A DNA stretch of 64,000 nucleotides from Octopus bimaculoides (GCF_001194135.2 NC_068990.1:32433681-32497680); one strand, 5' to 3'. Counted from the first letter of the stretch, positions 13,399 to 25,264 are shown. Notes: a model not told the origin generated them from the letters alone. Made by a program: numbers and translations.

Positions 13399-13472
13399 AA
13401 GGAATAAATAAAATATTTGAAATGTGTGTGAAGAACGTTGAAATTAAAACATGAATCTATGTATTTATACCT

Positions 13473-13514
<42 letters not shown>

Positions 13515-13589
13515 TATATATACACAAGACCACCACAGGTAATGGACCTATGATGGCCACCAGTAACATCAGTAACAGCTACCCAGATA

Positions 13590-13900
13590 TTACACCTATA
13601 CACTTACCAAACATTGGAGGTGTATCACAACTCAGTAACAGAGGCAAAAATCTTCTATCTGAAAGTGATTGCTGCATGCAAGGCAAGTAATAGGCATGGT
13701 GCTTATATAAAGGCATCTAGCCTCTAATATAACAGATGTGGAAATACATATATTAGGGTATGCTGTATTTCATGCAGAAAGAAGCCATGGAGAAGTTGCT
13801 ATGTACATGTGCGAAAATGTCACATTCCTTGTCATATTCAAACTCAATTTGTGATACCTTAATGATTCATTTAAAGTAAACTGACACAGTTATATGTACA
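13590..13900 (+). mobile_element. Decayed CR1/L2-like LINE endonuclease (APE) N-terminus
   Basis: Frameshifted NIGG..SNRGK/KIFYLK and LGYAVFHAERSHGEVAMYMCENV (GY..DR..GGVA motif). Confidence 0.55.
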
Positions 13901-14109
13901 TCATATCATCCACTAAATGCTTTGTAAAAACTTCCAGTTGACTTCTTTGTTATAAGTCTCTATCTCTTTCTCTCTCTTGTAATAGTGTCAAGTAATACTT
14001 CTTATGACCTACAGTTGGTCAAGGATCCTTCCAGCTTGTATGTTTTCATTCTCTAGCTTGGATCTATCTAGCTCTAACTCTGATGCTGCTAATCAGTAGT
14101 CTATTTTAA

Positions 14110-14328
14110 CCCTTTCATTACCGTATTTATTTTGAGATGCTCTGTGTTTCTTTCAATTAATTTTAAATATAACAAAGAATTTAGTAAAATAACTGTTATC
14201 ATTCAGCTAGTGTTAGGAACATAAATTGTGACTAAGGTTTGGTGGAAGATTTTAATCCAAAACTTATGAAAACAAGACATTTGTACTCAGAGCCAGAACC
14301 AGTTTCAGCCAGGTTGGTAATAAAAGGG
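14110..14328 (+). mobile_element. piggyBac-type MITE family 1, copy 1
   Basis: TTAA|CCCTTTCATTACC...GGTAATAAAAGGG|TTAA: TIRs plus TTAA TSD. Confidence 0.85.
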
Positions 14329-14346
14329 TTAATGTCTACTCTTTAA

Positions 14347-14569
14347 CTTTTTCGTTACTGTATTTATTTTGAGAATGCTCTGTGTTTCTTTCAATTAATT
14401 TTAAATATAACAAAGAATCTAGTAAAATTAGTTAGTTATCATTAAGCTAGGGTTAGGAACATAAATCGTGACTAAGGTTTGGTGGAAGACTTTTATTCAA
14501 AACTCATGAAAGCAAGACATTTGTACTACAGAGCCAGAGACGGTTCCAGGCAGGTTGGTATCGAAATGG
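14347..14569 (+). mobile_element. piggyBac-type MITE family 1, copy 2
   Basis: TTAA on both flanks; highly similar to copy 1. Confidence 0.8.
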
Positions 14570-14579
14570 TTAAGTGGTA

Positions 14580-15230
14580 AATTCTTCATCAAGGAAGTAC
14601 TTAGCTTTGACAACCTGTTTACTCTATTTCTTGGTGAATATGCAGTCTATCTTGGCTGTTTGTCTCATTGGTTGGTGACTAGGTTTCTGGTGAGTTTCCT
14701 AAAGTTCATGAGGCAAATTATTTAGCCATCAGTGTTACAGAACTTCAGTAGCTTTGATTCCTTCCATTCTATGATCCATGACCATATCTTCCATATATGC
14801 CATAGAAGCCACCATCGTGTTATGCAACATATCAGTGATAATGAGGTCACTGCCATTTGTTTTCAAGATTGTCTGCAGGAGGGCCTCATAAAAGTTATTC
14901 TTCTTGTCATCTGTCATCCCTGATAGAAAAGTGCATATAGAGATTAATGCTCCCATTTTATTGTCTAAGTCAAATCTAGGCTTAATTTTTGTATCACACA
15001 CTTTAACTCTGTCTACTTTTATTAATTTTATTTAGTCATTTCTCTGCCAACAATATACTTACTCCACACACACTGTTGCTGTTACCCATCCAGAAGTATC
15101 TGCACTATTGTTCCTTACCTGTGAAGTATCTGAAATTCTCCTCAATCTTTACACTTGCTCACATCACACGTCTCCATCTCCAGCATCTCTACAAACTTTC
15201 TGGACTTAACTTCCAAAATACTGACATTGA
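14580..15230 (-). mobile_element. Decayed RTE LINE endonuclease region
   Basis: Minus-strand fragments VEMLE.., FWMGNSNSVCGV, DDKKNNFYEALLQTILKTNGSDL, NFRK..LVT; multiple stops and frameshifts. Confidence 0.75.
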
Positions 15231-15449
15231 TTGCTGTAACTCTGAAAATTTAAACCTGACAGGAAGTGGGTAGTTCTTGCCTGTCACTAAGGGAATGCAA
15301 TGGATGGCTTTGCCTCCTCCCTATTCAACAGTGCACCCCCAGATTTAGAAAATACAGTTTATAAAAATCTTCTCACAATACAAATTAGTTTCCACCCAGA
15401 ATATTCTGAAGCACCCCCAGGCACCAAAGTCTGGTGATGGGCCGGGGGT

Positions 15450-15920
15450 AGTTTGGTATTAGCTTTCTGCATCTGAAAGAGAATTTGTAATCATTTCATA
15501 GCAGTCAATAGGCTTTTATGCGTAAATATCTCCTTATAAGGACTTATTGTCTAATTCTCTCTATATCATCCCCAGAGTATTCATTCCTGTTATTATAGAG
15601 AATGTTTTCGTTTTCAATCCCCACATTTTGGATATTTCTATTTCCAGATTTTCATATTTGAATACTTTCTCTATCAGGACTGTATTGTCATTTGTTGGAA
15701 CTGGTACAACTATCAGAAGAGACATTATTTCTCTTGAATGTCTTTGGCATTAATGCCTGGGAATATTTACATTTAATCTTCTAGTTTGTGTGAAGTGACT
15801 TGTTTATGGATCATAATCACTTGAGACCTTTCTTTGTGTGTATCTACCATATCTTTTCTGGAGCTACTGGCCATGTAGGAGCTTTTCTTGCCAACATTTC
15901 AACACAATATTTTGTAGTCT
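15450..15920 (-). mobile_element. R4/Dong-like RLE retrotransposon C-terminal fragment
   Basis: Minus strand KYENLEIEISKMWGLKTKTFSIITG..LGMI matches the KY.DL..E...W...PI.IGALG motif. Confidence 0.8.
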
Positions 15921-16103
15921 CATTTTGAATTTACTTTTTAGTTTTTCTTTAAAAACAATTTCTATTGTTTTTCTTCCATTATCCACCATTCAGTTGTTTG
16001 CTACATTAGCAGCCTTTTTATAACCCACTCTCTTAAAATGTAGAGATACACTAAGTGATGTAGTCCGAGGTACATTGTGTCTGAAAAAAAAGATGAGATA
16101 GTC

Positions 16104-16806
16104 GCAGGAGTGGCTGTGTGGTAAGTAGCTTGCTTACCAACCACATGGTTCCGGGTTCAGTCCCACTGCGTGGAACCTTGGGCAAGCGTCTTCTACTATA
16201 GCCTCGGGCCGACCAAAGCCTTGTGAGTGGATTTGGTAGACGGAAACTGGAAGAAGCCCATCGTATTAAAGTCTGTCATACCGGCCATGACGAAGGGAAA
16301 TAGCCCTGAAACTCGAGTCGCCTTTATATATTTATATTTATATATTTGATCCTTTATATTGAACACTCAATATTTCATCTACATTCAATACTTTCTTTCA
16401 TGGTGCCATCCATTTTTATTTTATTTTATCTTATATTATATATTGTATNNNNNNNNNNNNNNNNNNNNNNNNNNNNNNNNNNNNNNNNNNNNNNNNNNNN
16501 NNNNNNNNNNNNNNNNNNNNNNNNNNNNNNNNNNNNNNNNNNNNNNNNNNNNNNNNNNNNNNNNNNNNNNNNNNNNNNNNNNNATATGTATGTGTGTTTG
16601 TGTGTCTGTGTTTGTCCCCCCACCATCGCTTGACAACCGATGCTGGTGTGTTTACGTCCCCGTAACTTAGCAGTTCGGCAAAAAGACCCCGATAGAATAA
16701 GTACTAGGCTTACAAAGAATAAGTCCTGGAGTCAATTTTCTCGACTAAAGGCGGTGCTCCAGCATGGCCGCACTCAAATGACTGAAACAAGTAAAAGAGT
16801 AAAGAG
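16104..16806 (+). mobile_element. SINE family A interrupted at its internal microsatellite by a hammerhead-bearing insert (~16266-16448) and a gap
   Basis: Head at 16104-16265, tail at 16584-16806, unrelated sequence between. Confidence 0.8.
16283..16322 (+). ncRNA. Minimal type I hammerhead ribozyme-like motif
   Basis: GGC-C(A)TGACGA-AGGG/aaatag/CCCT-GAAA-C/TCGA/G-TC-GCC; helices I, II and III all pair; one extra A in the core. Confidence 0.65.
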
Positions 16807-17000
16807 TTTAGTCATGACTAGACAAGTCTGACTTGAGACTGCACAACACAGCACCAACACCCTAATTCTATGTTTTATATTCCCCAGTAATTCTGAGGAC
16901 AAGGCATTTTCTTTTCTTTTTGTTTCCTTCCTGCTTTTCATGTAGTTGTGTTGGCTTCTTTTATTCTTTACTAAAATACTTCTGAAGCTCATCCTCATCC

Positions 17001-17158
17001 TCTTCCTCTCTTCTTCTTCTTCTTCTTCTTCTTCTTCTTCTTCTTCTCTTCTTCTTCTTCTTCTTCTTCTTCTTCTCTTCTTCTTCTTCTTCTTCTTCTT
17101 CTTCTTCTTCTTCTCCTTTTTGTTGTTCTTCTCTGCATCCTCCTCCTCCACCAAACCC

Positions 17159-17205
<47 letters not shown>
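17001..17205. repeat. (CTT)n and (CAT)n microsatellites
   Basis: Simple repeats. Confidence 0.95.
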
Positions 17206-17654
17206 CCTCCACTAACCCCCCCACCACCACTTTAAGTAGGCAGTGGGTTGGCAGAATCATTACTGCATCAGACAAAATGTCTTGTGGTATTTAGTTATCC
17301 TTTCAGGGGTCAATGAAATTAAGTACCCATCAAGTAATAGGGTCAAATCAACTAACCACCTTCCTGTCAAAACTGCTGGAATTGTGCCTAAATTATTATT
17401 ACCATTGCCATTGTTTGTCATGAAAGTTTGTCTTACAGAACTCCTACAAAAATGGCATTTAATGTGATTATTTGATGATTAAGTTTTCTTTTTTTTTGGT
17501 TTTTTGTTTGTTTTCATTCTGAGGGCTTTTTTTAGATTATGTAACTTCCACTGCATCAATAAGATGCAGTAGAAAGTTTGTCTTGACATTATTCTTTGGC
17601 TGTATATTTGTAGAAGAAAACCATTTGTAACCTTTGTATTTTGGAATGGAGGTC

Positions 17655-18090
17655 ATCGTCATCAACATTTAACATCTGTTTTCCATGCTGGCATGGATGG
17701 CTTGACAGGAACTGGCAAGGTCAGGGGCTGTACCAGTTTCCATAATATGTTTTGGCTTGGTTTCTATAGCTGGATGCCCTTCCTAACACCCACTACTTTT
17801 ACAGAGTGTATTGGGTGCTTTTTGCATTGCACCATCATTGATGCTTATTATGTGGCACCAGCACTAATCCCAATGCATTTTAGATGGCACCTTGGTTTTA
17901 GGATATCAATTCTGTTGTGGTGGGTAGGTCTTCTTGAGTTCAGCAATGTGCCATGTATCTTTGTCCTCTGTCATCTCCTTTGTAAGCCTCAGTGTTCTGA
18001 GATCAACCTTCAATACTTTGTCCCATGTCTTCCACTTTAAATGACCAGCACTTCTATATGCTGCAGTTCTTATCCATCTGCATCACGTGA
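17655..18090 (-). mobile_element. RTE LINE 3' end (decayed ORF C-terminus plus UTR)
   Basis: Minus strand FGHVMQMDKNC..KCWS followed by the UTR ending GTTAAATGTTGATGACGATGA. Confidence 0.7.
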
Positions 18091-18436
18091 CCAAACTAGT
18101 GTAGGTATGCATTGTGATTGTGGTTGCAATCAATAAAAAGAAGAATAAAATTGAAATGCTCCCTCTCCTTTCTCTAAGATTTTTCAAGCCAAAATCAGAT
18201 GTAAAAAATAAACATACAGCATAATTAAACAAACTTGTAAACACAGATATTTAAAATACAACTTTACAAGCACGGAACAGAAGAGTACTGAGAAACAGCA
18301 GAAAACATTAATAATGGCACCAGTAACAAACATCAAATATGCTTCTAGTAACAGTAGGGACTTAATACGAGTTTACAGATATGAACCCGGAATGTGGAAA
18401 ATACCGACAATATATATCAAATACCGACAATATATG

Positions 18437-18650
18437 TGGTGAGTTGGCAGAATTGTTAGCACACCAGAAAAAATTCTTAGTGGCATTTCATCTGTCTTTG
18501 TGTTCTGAGTTCAAATTCTGTCAAGGTCAGTTTTGCTTTTCATCTTTTTGGGGTTGATAATATAAGTACCAGTTGAATTCTGGGGTTGATATAATCAACT
18601 ATTTCCTTCCCCCAAAATTGTTGACCTTGTACCAAAATTTGAAACGAATA
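18437..18650 (+). mobile_element. SINE family B
   Basis: GGTGAGTTGGCAGAATTGTTAGC head; GTTCTGAGTTCAAATTC B-box; core. Confidence 0.8.
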
Positions 18651-19577
18651 TATATCAAGGCTTGTAGCTTGGTATAGGAAGGTGGAAAGAGTGGAATTGG
18701 ACCATGGAAGATCCTGATGAATCCCAAAGATTATAGGGTGAAAGTGGAGATTAAATAGAAAAGTAGGGTAGGGTGGAAGATCTAGTTGCTACAAATGTAG
18801 GTAGTAAAGGCCATGTTTTTTCTAGAAGAAAAAGAAAAGCAAAAACAAATGAAAGTGCATAGCAGACAATAGCAAAAGCAGTGACAACAGCAGACCCCTG
18901 AAGTGAAAACCATGGCTGCTGCTGTTGTTTCTGCAGTGCAGCTGTGAAGATCGCTGGAGTGGGAGTAGAGACAAATAACATCACTTCATCATCAGAACTA
19001 CCTGCATCAGAGACTGATGAGGGAGGATATTGAGGAACAAGCACAAAGCTGGCCAGAGACTATGGGCAACAGTTTTACTCCATCATCTTGTGGTGATGGA
19101 ATGTATTTAGAGCTTACAGAGAGGCAGAAAACCATTGGATTGAAAGAAGAAGCAAAAAAAAAAAACNNNNNNNNNNNNNNAAGCCAAAAAAAAAAACAAC
19201 AAAAGACTGGCCAGCTTAAAGGCAAGTGGTTGGAAGCCCCTCACAAAAAGTTTCCCATCTTTTTGGAGTGCTGAGTTTTACGGTTGACAAGGCCATTAAG
19301 GAAAATTTGAGAAATGGGGGCTGAATAAGCTGAAAGAAGAAGAATACTGTGCTGAGGAGAAAATCTGGAGGAATATATGCAGCATCAAATGAGAGACTAA
19401 TGGTGTGATCCATAGTTAATTGCTTATGACTGTCTTCCATCAAAAAGAAGTATCAAGTTACTGGAAGTATTAGGGGTAGCTGATGGTCAGTTATAGGATA
19501 TCTAATCCTATCTGATCCGGTGGTAGCTTCTTGCCCCTTTGTTAGTTAGGTGTCTTTGCTTTGATATGTGAGAAACA

Positions 19578-19727
19578 GAGTGGTTGGCGTTAGGAAGGGC
19601 ATCCAGCTGTAGAAACTCTGCCAAATTAGATTGGAGCCTGGTGTTTGCCATCCGGTTTCACCAGTCCTCAGTCAAATCGTCCAACCCATGCTAGCATGGA
19701 AAGCGGACGTTAAACGATGATGATGAT
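19578..19727 (+). mobile_element. Young RTE 3' UTR tail
   Basis: CpG-retaining, near-identical to 24030-24186. Confidence 0.85.
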
Positions 19728-20509
19728 TGCAAACTTGCAATTAACAAAGAAAGAGTTGTTGTTGTTGCTGTTGTCACTGAACACTGGATCTGCCAATGTC
19801 ACATTTCCAGCAATAACATGTATTAATTTAATGCAGAATATAATAATTTAAGATCAGTTAGCCCTTGTGGGGTAAAAAGAGGATTTATCTTTTTCCTATT
19901 ATGTAAAGACAACATTGCAAGTGAGAGAGTATAAACTGTTTGAAACAGTAACTAAACAAATAAGCAGAGAAAAAACAACAAATATTTAAGTGTTTGTTAG
20001 AGATTTATGTGCTTTTCTTTTTTATTTTGTCCACGAGAACAAGAACAAGACAACTTCAAAATGTCTATCTTATTTTTTGTCTTCTCTTTGGAGATATTCA
20101 TAAAGCGAAGTACAAACATAGCTATACAACAATTTAATATAAGATGATGTATAGCAGCTTTTAAATAACCATTAGAGTGAATAATGAGACCAATTTTGCT
20201 ACTTCTTTATCTATATTATATTTTCTTCGGTAATGGTAAGATAAAATTGTATTTAACTTTTGCTTTCTAGCCAAACAGGTGTGAGGTTTCTGGGTCTGCA
20301 ATTATTTTCTGTTTCAATTTAAAGAGGTGGGATGCTCTCTGATTGAAGTTGATACATTTTGTGTTTTATTTTGAAATCCTGAAGACAGTAGATATAACTT
20401 AGAGGGAAATAGTCTGTCTTGTTGCCATACCAGAAATACACCACACGAAACTCAGTTCTGTTGGTGTTTCTTTGACACAATGACTATTAGGACTCAATAG
20501 AATTAATAT

Positions 20510-21236
20510 AATAGTGATGATGATGATGGTGATGATGATGATGGAGGTGGTGGTGGTGGTGATGATGATGATGATGATGATGATGATGGGGGTGATGTGG
20601 ATGAGGATGACAATGATGAAGTCAACGGCGATAATAATGACGATGATGGAAAATTTTAATTAAAGAAAATATTGTGAACAATCTTTTTCTTCTTCACAAA
20701 TGTCTGCTTGCTTCAGTCTGTTTGATTGACAAGTGGGTTCTGCTATTACTTCTTGATTGAGGGGAGTGGTTAAAGCTAACACACATTCAGTAGTACAAAT
20801 AAAATCATCATCATCATCATCACCATCATTGTCGTCATCGTCATCGTCGTCGTCATCATCATCATCATCATCATCATCATTGTCATTGTCATCATTGCCG
20901 TTATTGTTGCTGTCGTCACCACCACTACCACCACTTCCACCATCATTGTCATCATCATAATCATCACCGTCATTGTCGTCATCGTTGTTGTCATCGTCAT
21001 CGTCATGATCATGATCATGATCATTGTTGTTGTCATCATTGCCGTCATTGTTGTTGTCGTCACCACCACTGCCACCACTTCCACCATCATTGTCATCATC
21101 ATAATCATCACCATCATTCTGGTCGTCATCATCATTCTGGTCGTCATCATCATCATCATCATCATCATTATCATTGTCATCATTGCCGTCATTGTTGTTG
21201 TCGTCACCACCACTGCCACCACTTCCACCATCATTG

Positions 21237-21283
<47 letters not shown>

Positions 21284-21450
21284 TTTTAATGTTTGACATG
21301 GGTTTGATGATTTGACGGGATTTAATTGATCAGTGGACACAGTGTTATGTTCTATTGTCTGCTTCGGCATGGTTTTCTACAGCTGATGTCCTTCCTAACA
21401 CCAGTCACTTTACAGAGTGTATTGAGCACTCTTTTTGCTGCACCACCACA
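20510..21450 (-). repeat. RTE 3' UTR (21283-21450) with expanded (GAT)-based array carrying a 144-bp higher-order repeat; second GAT block at 20510-20650
   Basis: TTGCCG anchor at 20895, 21039 and 21183. Confidence 0.85.
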
Positions 21451-21692
21451 GGTAAGGACACCATGTGGCTCATAAACCTAAGAACCCCATTGACTGAGCA
21501 GGGCTACTGTAAAGAGAAAAAACAATTTTTTACTAGGTGGTAAAAGGTTGGAGTATGAAAGAAGGGGTCAGAACCACAAGGAAAATGATAAGAGAAGGGG
21601 TAGAGGTGCAAATTAATATTAATAAGAAATACTAATAGATTTCATTAACACACACATATATACCTATATATATAAATACATACATATATATA

Positions 21693-21729
<37 letters not shown>

Positions 21730-21732
<3 letters not shown>

Positions 21733-22330
21733 TGATGTTTTTTTAATCTTTTTAATTGGAAGGCTCTGTTCATCATGAGATTTGCTTCATGTGGTCAGAC
21801 GATCAATAAAATGCTATACTTCAATGTCCTGAGGTGTTTGAGAGAGAAGCAGTACAAAGGAAGGGGCCTTAACCCTTTCGATACCAACCTGGCTGAAACT
21901 GCCTCTAGGCTCTGTAGTACAAATGATTTGTTTCCATAAGTTTTGAATTAAAATCTTCCACCAAACCTTAGTCACAATTTATGTGCCTAACAGCAGCTTA
22001 ATGATAACTAAGTTATTTTACTAAATTCTTTAATATATTTAAAATTAATTGAAAGAAACACAAAGCATCGCAACAGAAATATGGTAACAAAAAGGTTAAG
22101 CAGGGACAAGTCCTAGATACTGTATGGTAACAACACACTTGCTCACATAAGACTTGTTATCCATGGTTTCTTTTTAGCAAAACACAAGATGATTTTCACT
22201 CCCTAGTCACCTAACACTCCTGATCTTTGCCCATTGGATTAAGTTTTGTTCCCAAAACTGAAATCACCCAGAAAAGTAATTGATTTTAAGAAATTGAAAA
22301 GATTGAAGAAAATTCACAATATATAATGAT
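21730..22330 (+). mobile_element. Decayed mariner transposase split by a MITE
   Basis: GQTINKMLYFNVLRCLRE before the MITE; HGNNTLAH..FLAKHK and SPNTPDLCPLD*VLFPKLK after it. Confidence 0.75.
21873..22095 (-). mobile_element. piggyBac-type MITE family 1, copy 3
   Basis: TTAA at 21869-21872 and 22096-22099; reverse complement of 14110-14328. Confidence 0.85.
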
Positions 22331-22999
22331 AAAAGTGAGGAGGATGTGGAAGGGGAGGATGTGCAAGGTTAACCCTTTAATTTATTCTAACACTGATGGT
22401 TTTAATAGAGTCTGAGTGAGTCTCATATCATATTTTATAACAAAACAGAATCGAATTTCAAGCATAAATAGCCACACATGCAGGTACATGCACAAATATA
22501 CAAATATTCACATATGCACACATATGTACCATTACACAGACTTGCATTCACTCACACACTTGCATGAACATGCACACACACACACACACTGTCTTGCACA
22601 TGGATACTAAAGCACCAGGCATGAAATCTCTGAAATAAAATCTAAATAAATTTTGTATCTACTAAAGTTCACCTTGTGTGAGATGTGTATGTATTATATG
22701 TATATATATCTGTGTGTATATACATACATACATATATGTATCTAGAGAAATATAATTATATTTGAATGTGTATATAGATGGTTGGCACAGGCATTGTGGT
22801 AGTTGTAAAGTGCATGATTCCATAAGATAAACATAATACCACTTTAGAAGCAAAGTATACTAAGGCTTGAGAATTTAGTCACATAAAGCAGCCATATTTG
22901 AAAGATCTTATGTAATTTTTTCCTCCAATTTTTGCAAGTATCAATAAAAAATAGTGATGTTGTGAGAATGGAAGTATTATATTTTTATTCTTTCTAGAA

Positions 23000-23345
23000 A
23001 AATCTCAGCATTTCAAAGATATGAAATGTCAGATTATCAAATGGCACTGATAAAATATATGAATTTTATCAATTATTATTTATGTCTGCTATGTGAGACA
23101 TATTATATTGGTGGCCATGAACCTACTATTTCGGAGTTCAATTTTGGTATGGGAGACATAATAAACAGATGCAGGGTTTGTAGTGAGGGTTATAGGGTTT
23201 GATTCAAGACTATATAGTTTCAAGTTTGACTCCACTGTATATTGCGGGGCCAAATCTGAAATATCACTCACAAAGCTATGATAGAAAACATTGAACCTTG
23301 AGCAAGTGCCTTTAATAAAAACTTTATCAGTAGGTATGGCTGTAT
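23000..23345 (+). mobile_element. Possible highly decayed Tc1-like transposase remnant
   Basis: Weak motifs ISEFNFGMG, SLTPLYI, AMIENIEP in different frames. Confidence 0.3.
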
Positions 23346-23644
23346 GATAAGAAGTATATTTCTTACAATCTGTGGCTCATACACACTAACATTACACATC
23401 CAGCAAAGCATACTAACTTCATTGGTCCATGAAGTGCCTTCTGTTAGTGGAAAGTGTGTATCCACCCAAACCGTTCACCAAAGTTTGAACCAGTGTGGTT
23501 CATTCACACTGAGAACATACATAACTTCTGTTCCAGGGATGGTCATAGACTCTTCCAATTTTCCAAATAAATGAATATTGCTGCTCCTAGGGGATGAAAA
23601 CACCTCCTCATAGGTAAATAACAAATACCAATGATCGTTGCTTC

Positions 23645-24186
23645 AAGAGACACCGAGACCTTTGGAAATGTGCTGTGCGTGAGAAGACCCGGCAAGCCAA
23701 GTGAGATCGTTGCCAGTGCCCCTGGACTGGCTCTTGTGCGGGTGGCACATAAGATGTACCATCCTGAGCGTGACCGTTGCCAGTACCGCCTGACTGGCCT
23801 TGTAGGGTTTTCGAGCAAGATCATTGCCAGTGCCCCTGGACTGGCTCTTGTGCGGGTGGCACATAAGATGTACCATCTTAAGCGTGACCATTGNNNNNNN
23901 NNNGTTTTCGAGCGAGATTGTTGCCAGTGCCCCTGGACTGGCTCTTGTGCGGGTGGCACATAAAAGACACCATTTTGAGCGTGGCTGTTTTCGTGCGGGT
24001 GACATGTAAAAGCACCCACTACACTCTCTGAGTGGTTGGCGTTAGGAAGGGCATCCATCTGTAGAAACTCTGCCAAATTAGATTGGAGCCTGGTGTAGCC
24101 ATCTGGTTGCACCAGTCCTCAGTCAAATCGTCCAACCCATGCTAGCATGGAAAGCGGACGTTAAACGATGATGATGATGATGATGA
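23645..24186 (+). mobile_element. RTE LINE 3' end with tandem UTR modules
   Basis: RDLWKCAVREKTRQAK* then repeated GCCAGT-N8-ACTGGC modules and a (GAT)n tail. Confidence 0.85.
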
Positions 24187-24534
24187 TAGTTATGCTACTT
24201 TCACTTAGTCTTCTACTATAGTTTTTATAGTGCCCATTCACTGCAAACCACCGATATTTGTACATTAGCACTTCCTTGAGATAGCCATGCAATTTTAACC
24301 AGCTTTTAATTATTTTTTAAATGCCTTCAGAAATTAAACCATATTATATATATTTTCTGCTTTTACTCATACAAAATTGTCACAGTTATACAGTTTTTAC
24401 AATGCCCACTCACCGCAAACTGCTGATATTTGCACGTTAGCATAGGGCTGTTGTTGCACCTACAAATGCAACTGTCATCACTCTTAACTACGACTTATTC
24501 AGTAAGCTACCTTTTCAAAATCGTTGCTACAGAT

Positions 24535-24680
24535 CTGCTGACACCATTACTGACCTCAATCAGGTTACACACTTTCCAACAGAATTTCTCAACTCCCAAC
24601 ATCCTCAGGACGCCACCCCCCTCCATGAACTTTACTTAAAAGTCAGTTGCCCTGTCATCCTCCTATACAATCTAAATGCA
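24535..24680 (+). mobile_element. Helitron PIF1-like helicase remnant
   Basis: FPTEFLNS...LHELYLKVSCPVILLYNLNAPTLCN resembles the helicase motif PTEFLNSL.PPH.L.LKVG.PV.LLRNL...LCNG. Confidence 0.75.
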
Positions 24681-25264
24681 CCAACACTATGCAATTGTTA
24701 CATCTGGAAAATATATACAGACCTCTGCAACTCCATAACAAAACATCTATAATTCTATTTCTCCTGCAATGAAATCAAATATTTATATTTGCAGATCCAG
24801 GAAACCCATACAAACAAATAAATTTTCTTTGTTTATCTTATTTTTCTTTTTTCATATTCTCCTCTATCCTTGCTATCAGAAAATCCGTGTGCCAACAAAA
24901 AAAATAATCTGGTGCTTTTTTTTTGTTTTAGTGTATTTTTTTTTTTAGAAACACATCTTCCTCCAGAAAATAACACCTGTCATTTACAGAGAGTGAAGGG
25001 GAAGGATGCAAGTTAGAATTTGTTCTCAGCACTGAAATTTAATGAGCGCTTTTTAATTATGCAATGGAGCTGCTGCTGATGCGGACTATATTGCTAATTA
25101 TCAAATCTTAATTATCCTTTTAATTTTGGTTTTAAAAGATAGCATGGTGTAAAATTTGCACTCTATCAGGATCCCTTTGAAGAAAACTCCCTGAAAAATT
25201 TATTTCTGGATTGTCAGTTTGATGTTGAAATAATAAAGTACATTGAAGCTCTCGTGTAATGGAA

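Noticed and set aside
13608-13658. Minus-strand exon with GTAAGT donor (RRFLPLLLSCDTPPMF)
   Set aside because: It is antisense to the decayed LINE endonuclease, which explains the region better
18714-18755. CTGATGA...GAAA hammerhead-like spacing
   Set aside because: No UH cleavage site, helix III or helix I downstream
22998-23146. 149-nt open frame with good splice signals
   Set aside because: Overlaps weak Tc1-like motifs and has no supporting homology; left unresolved
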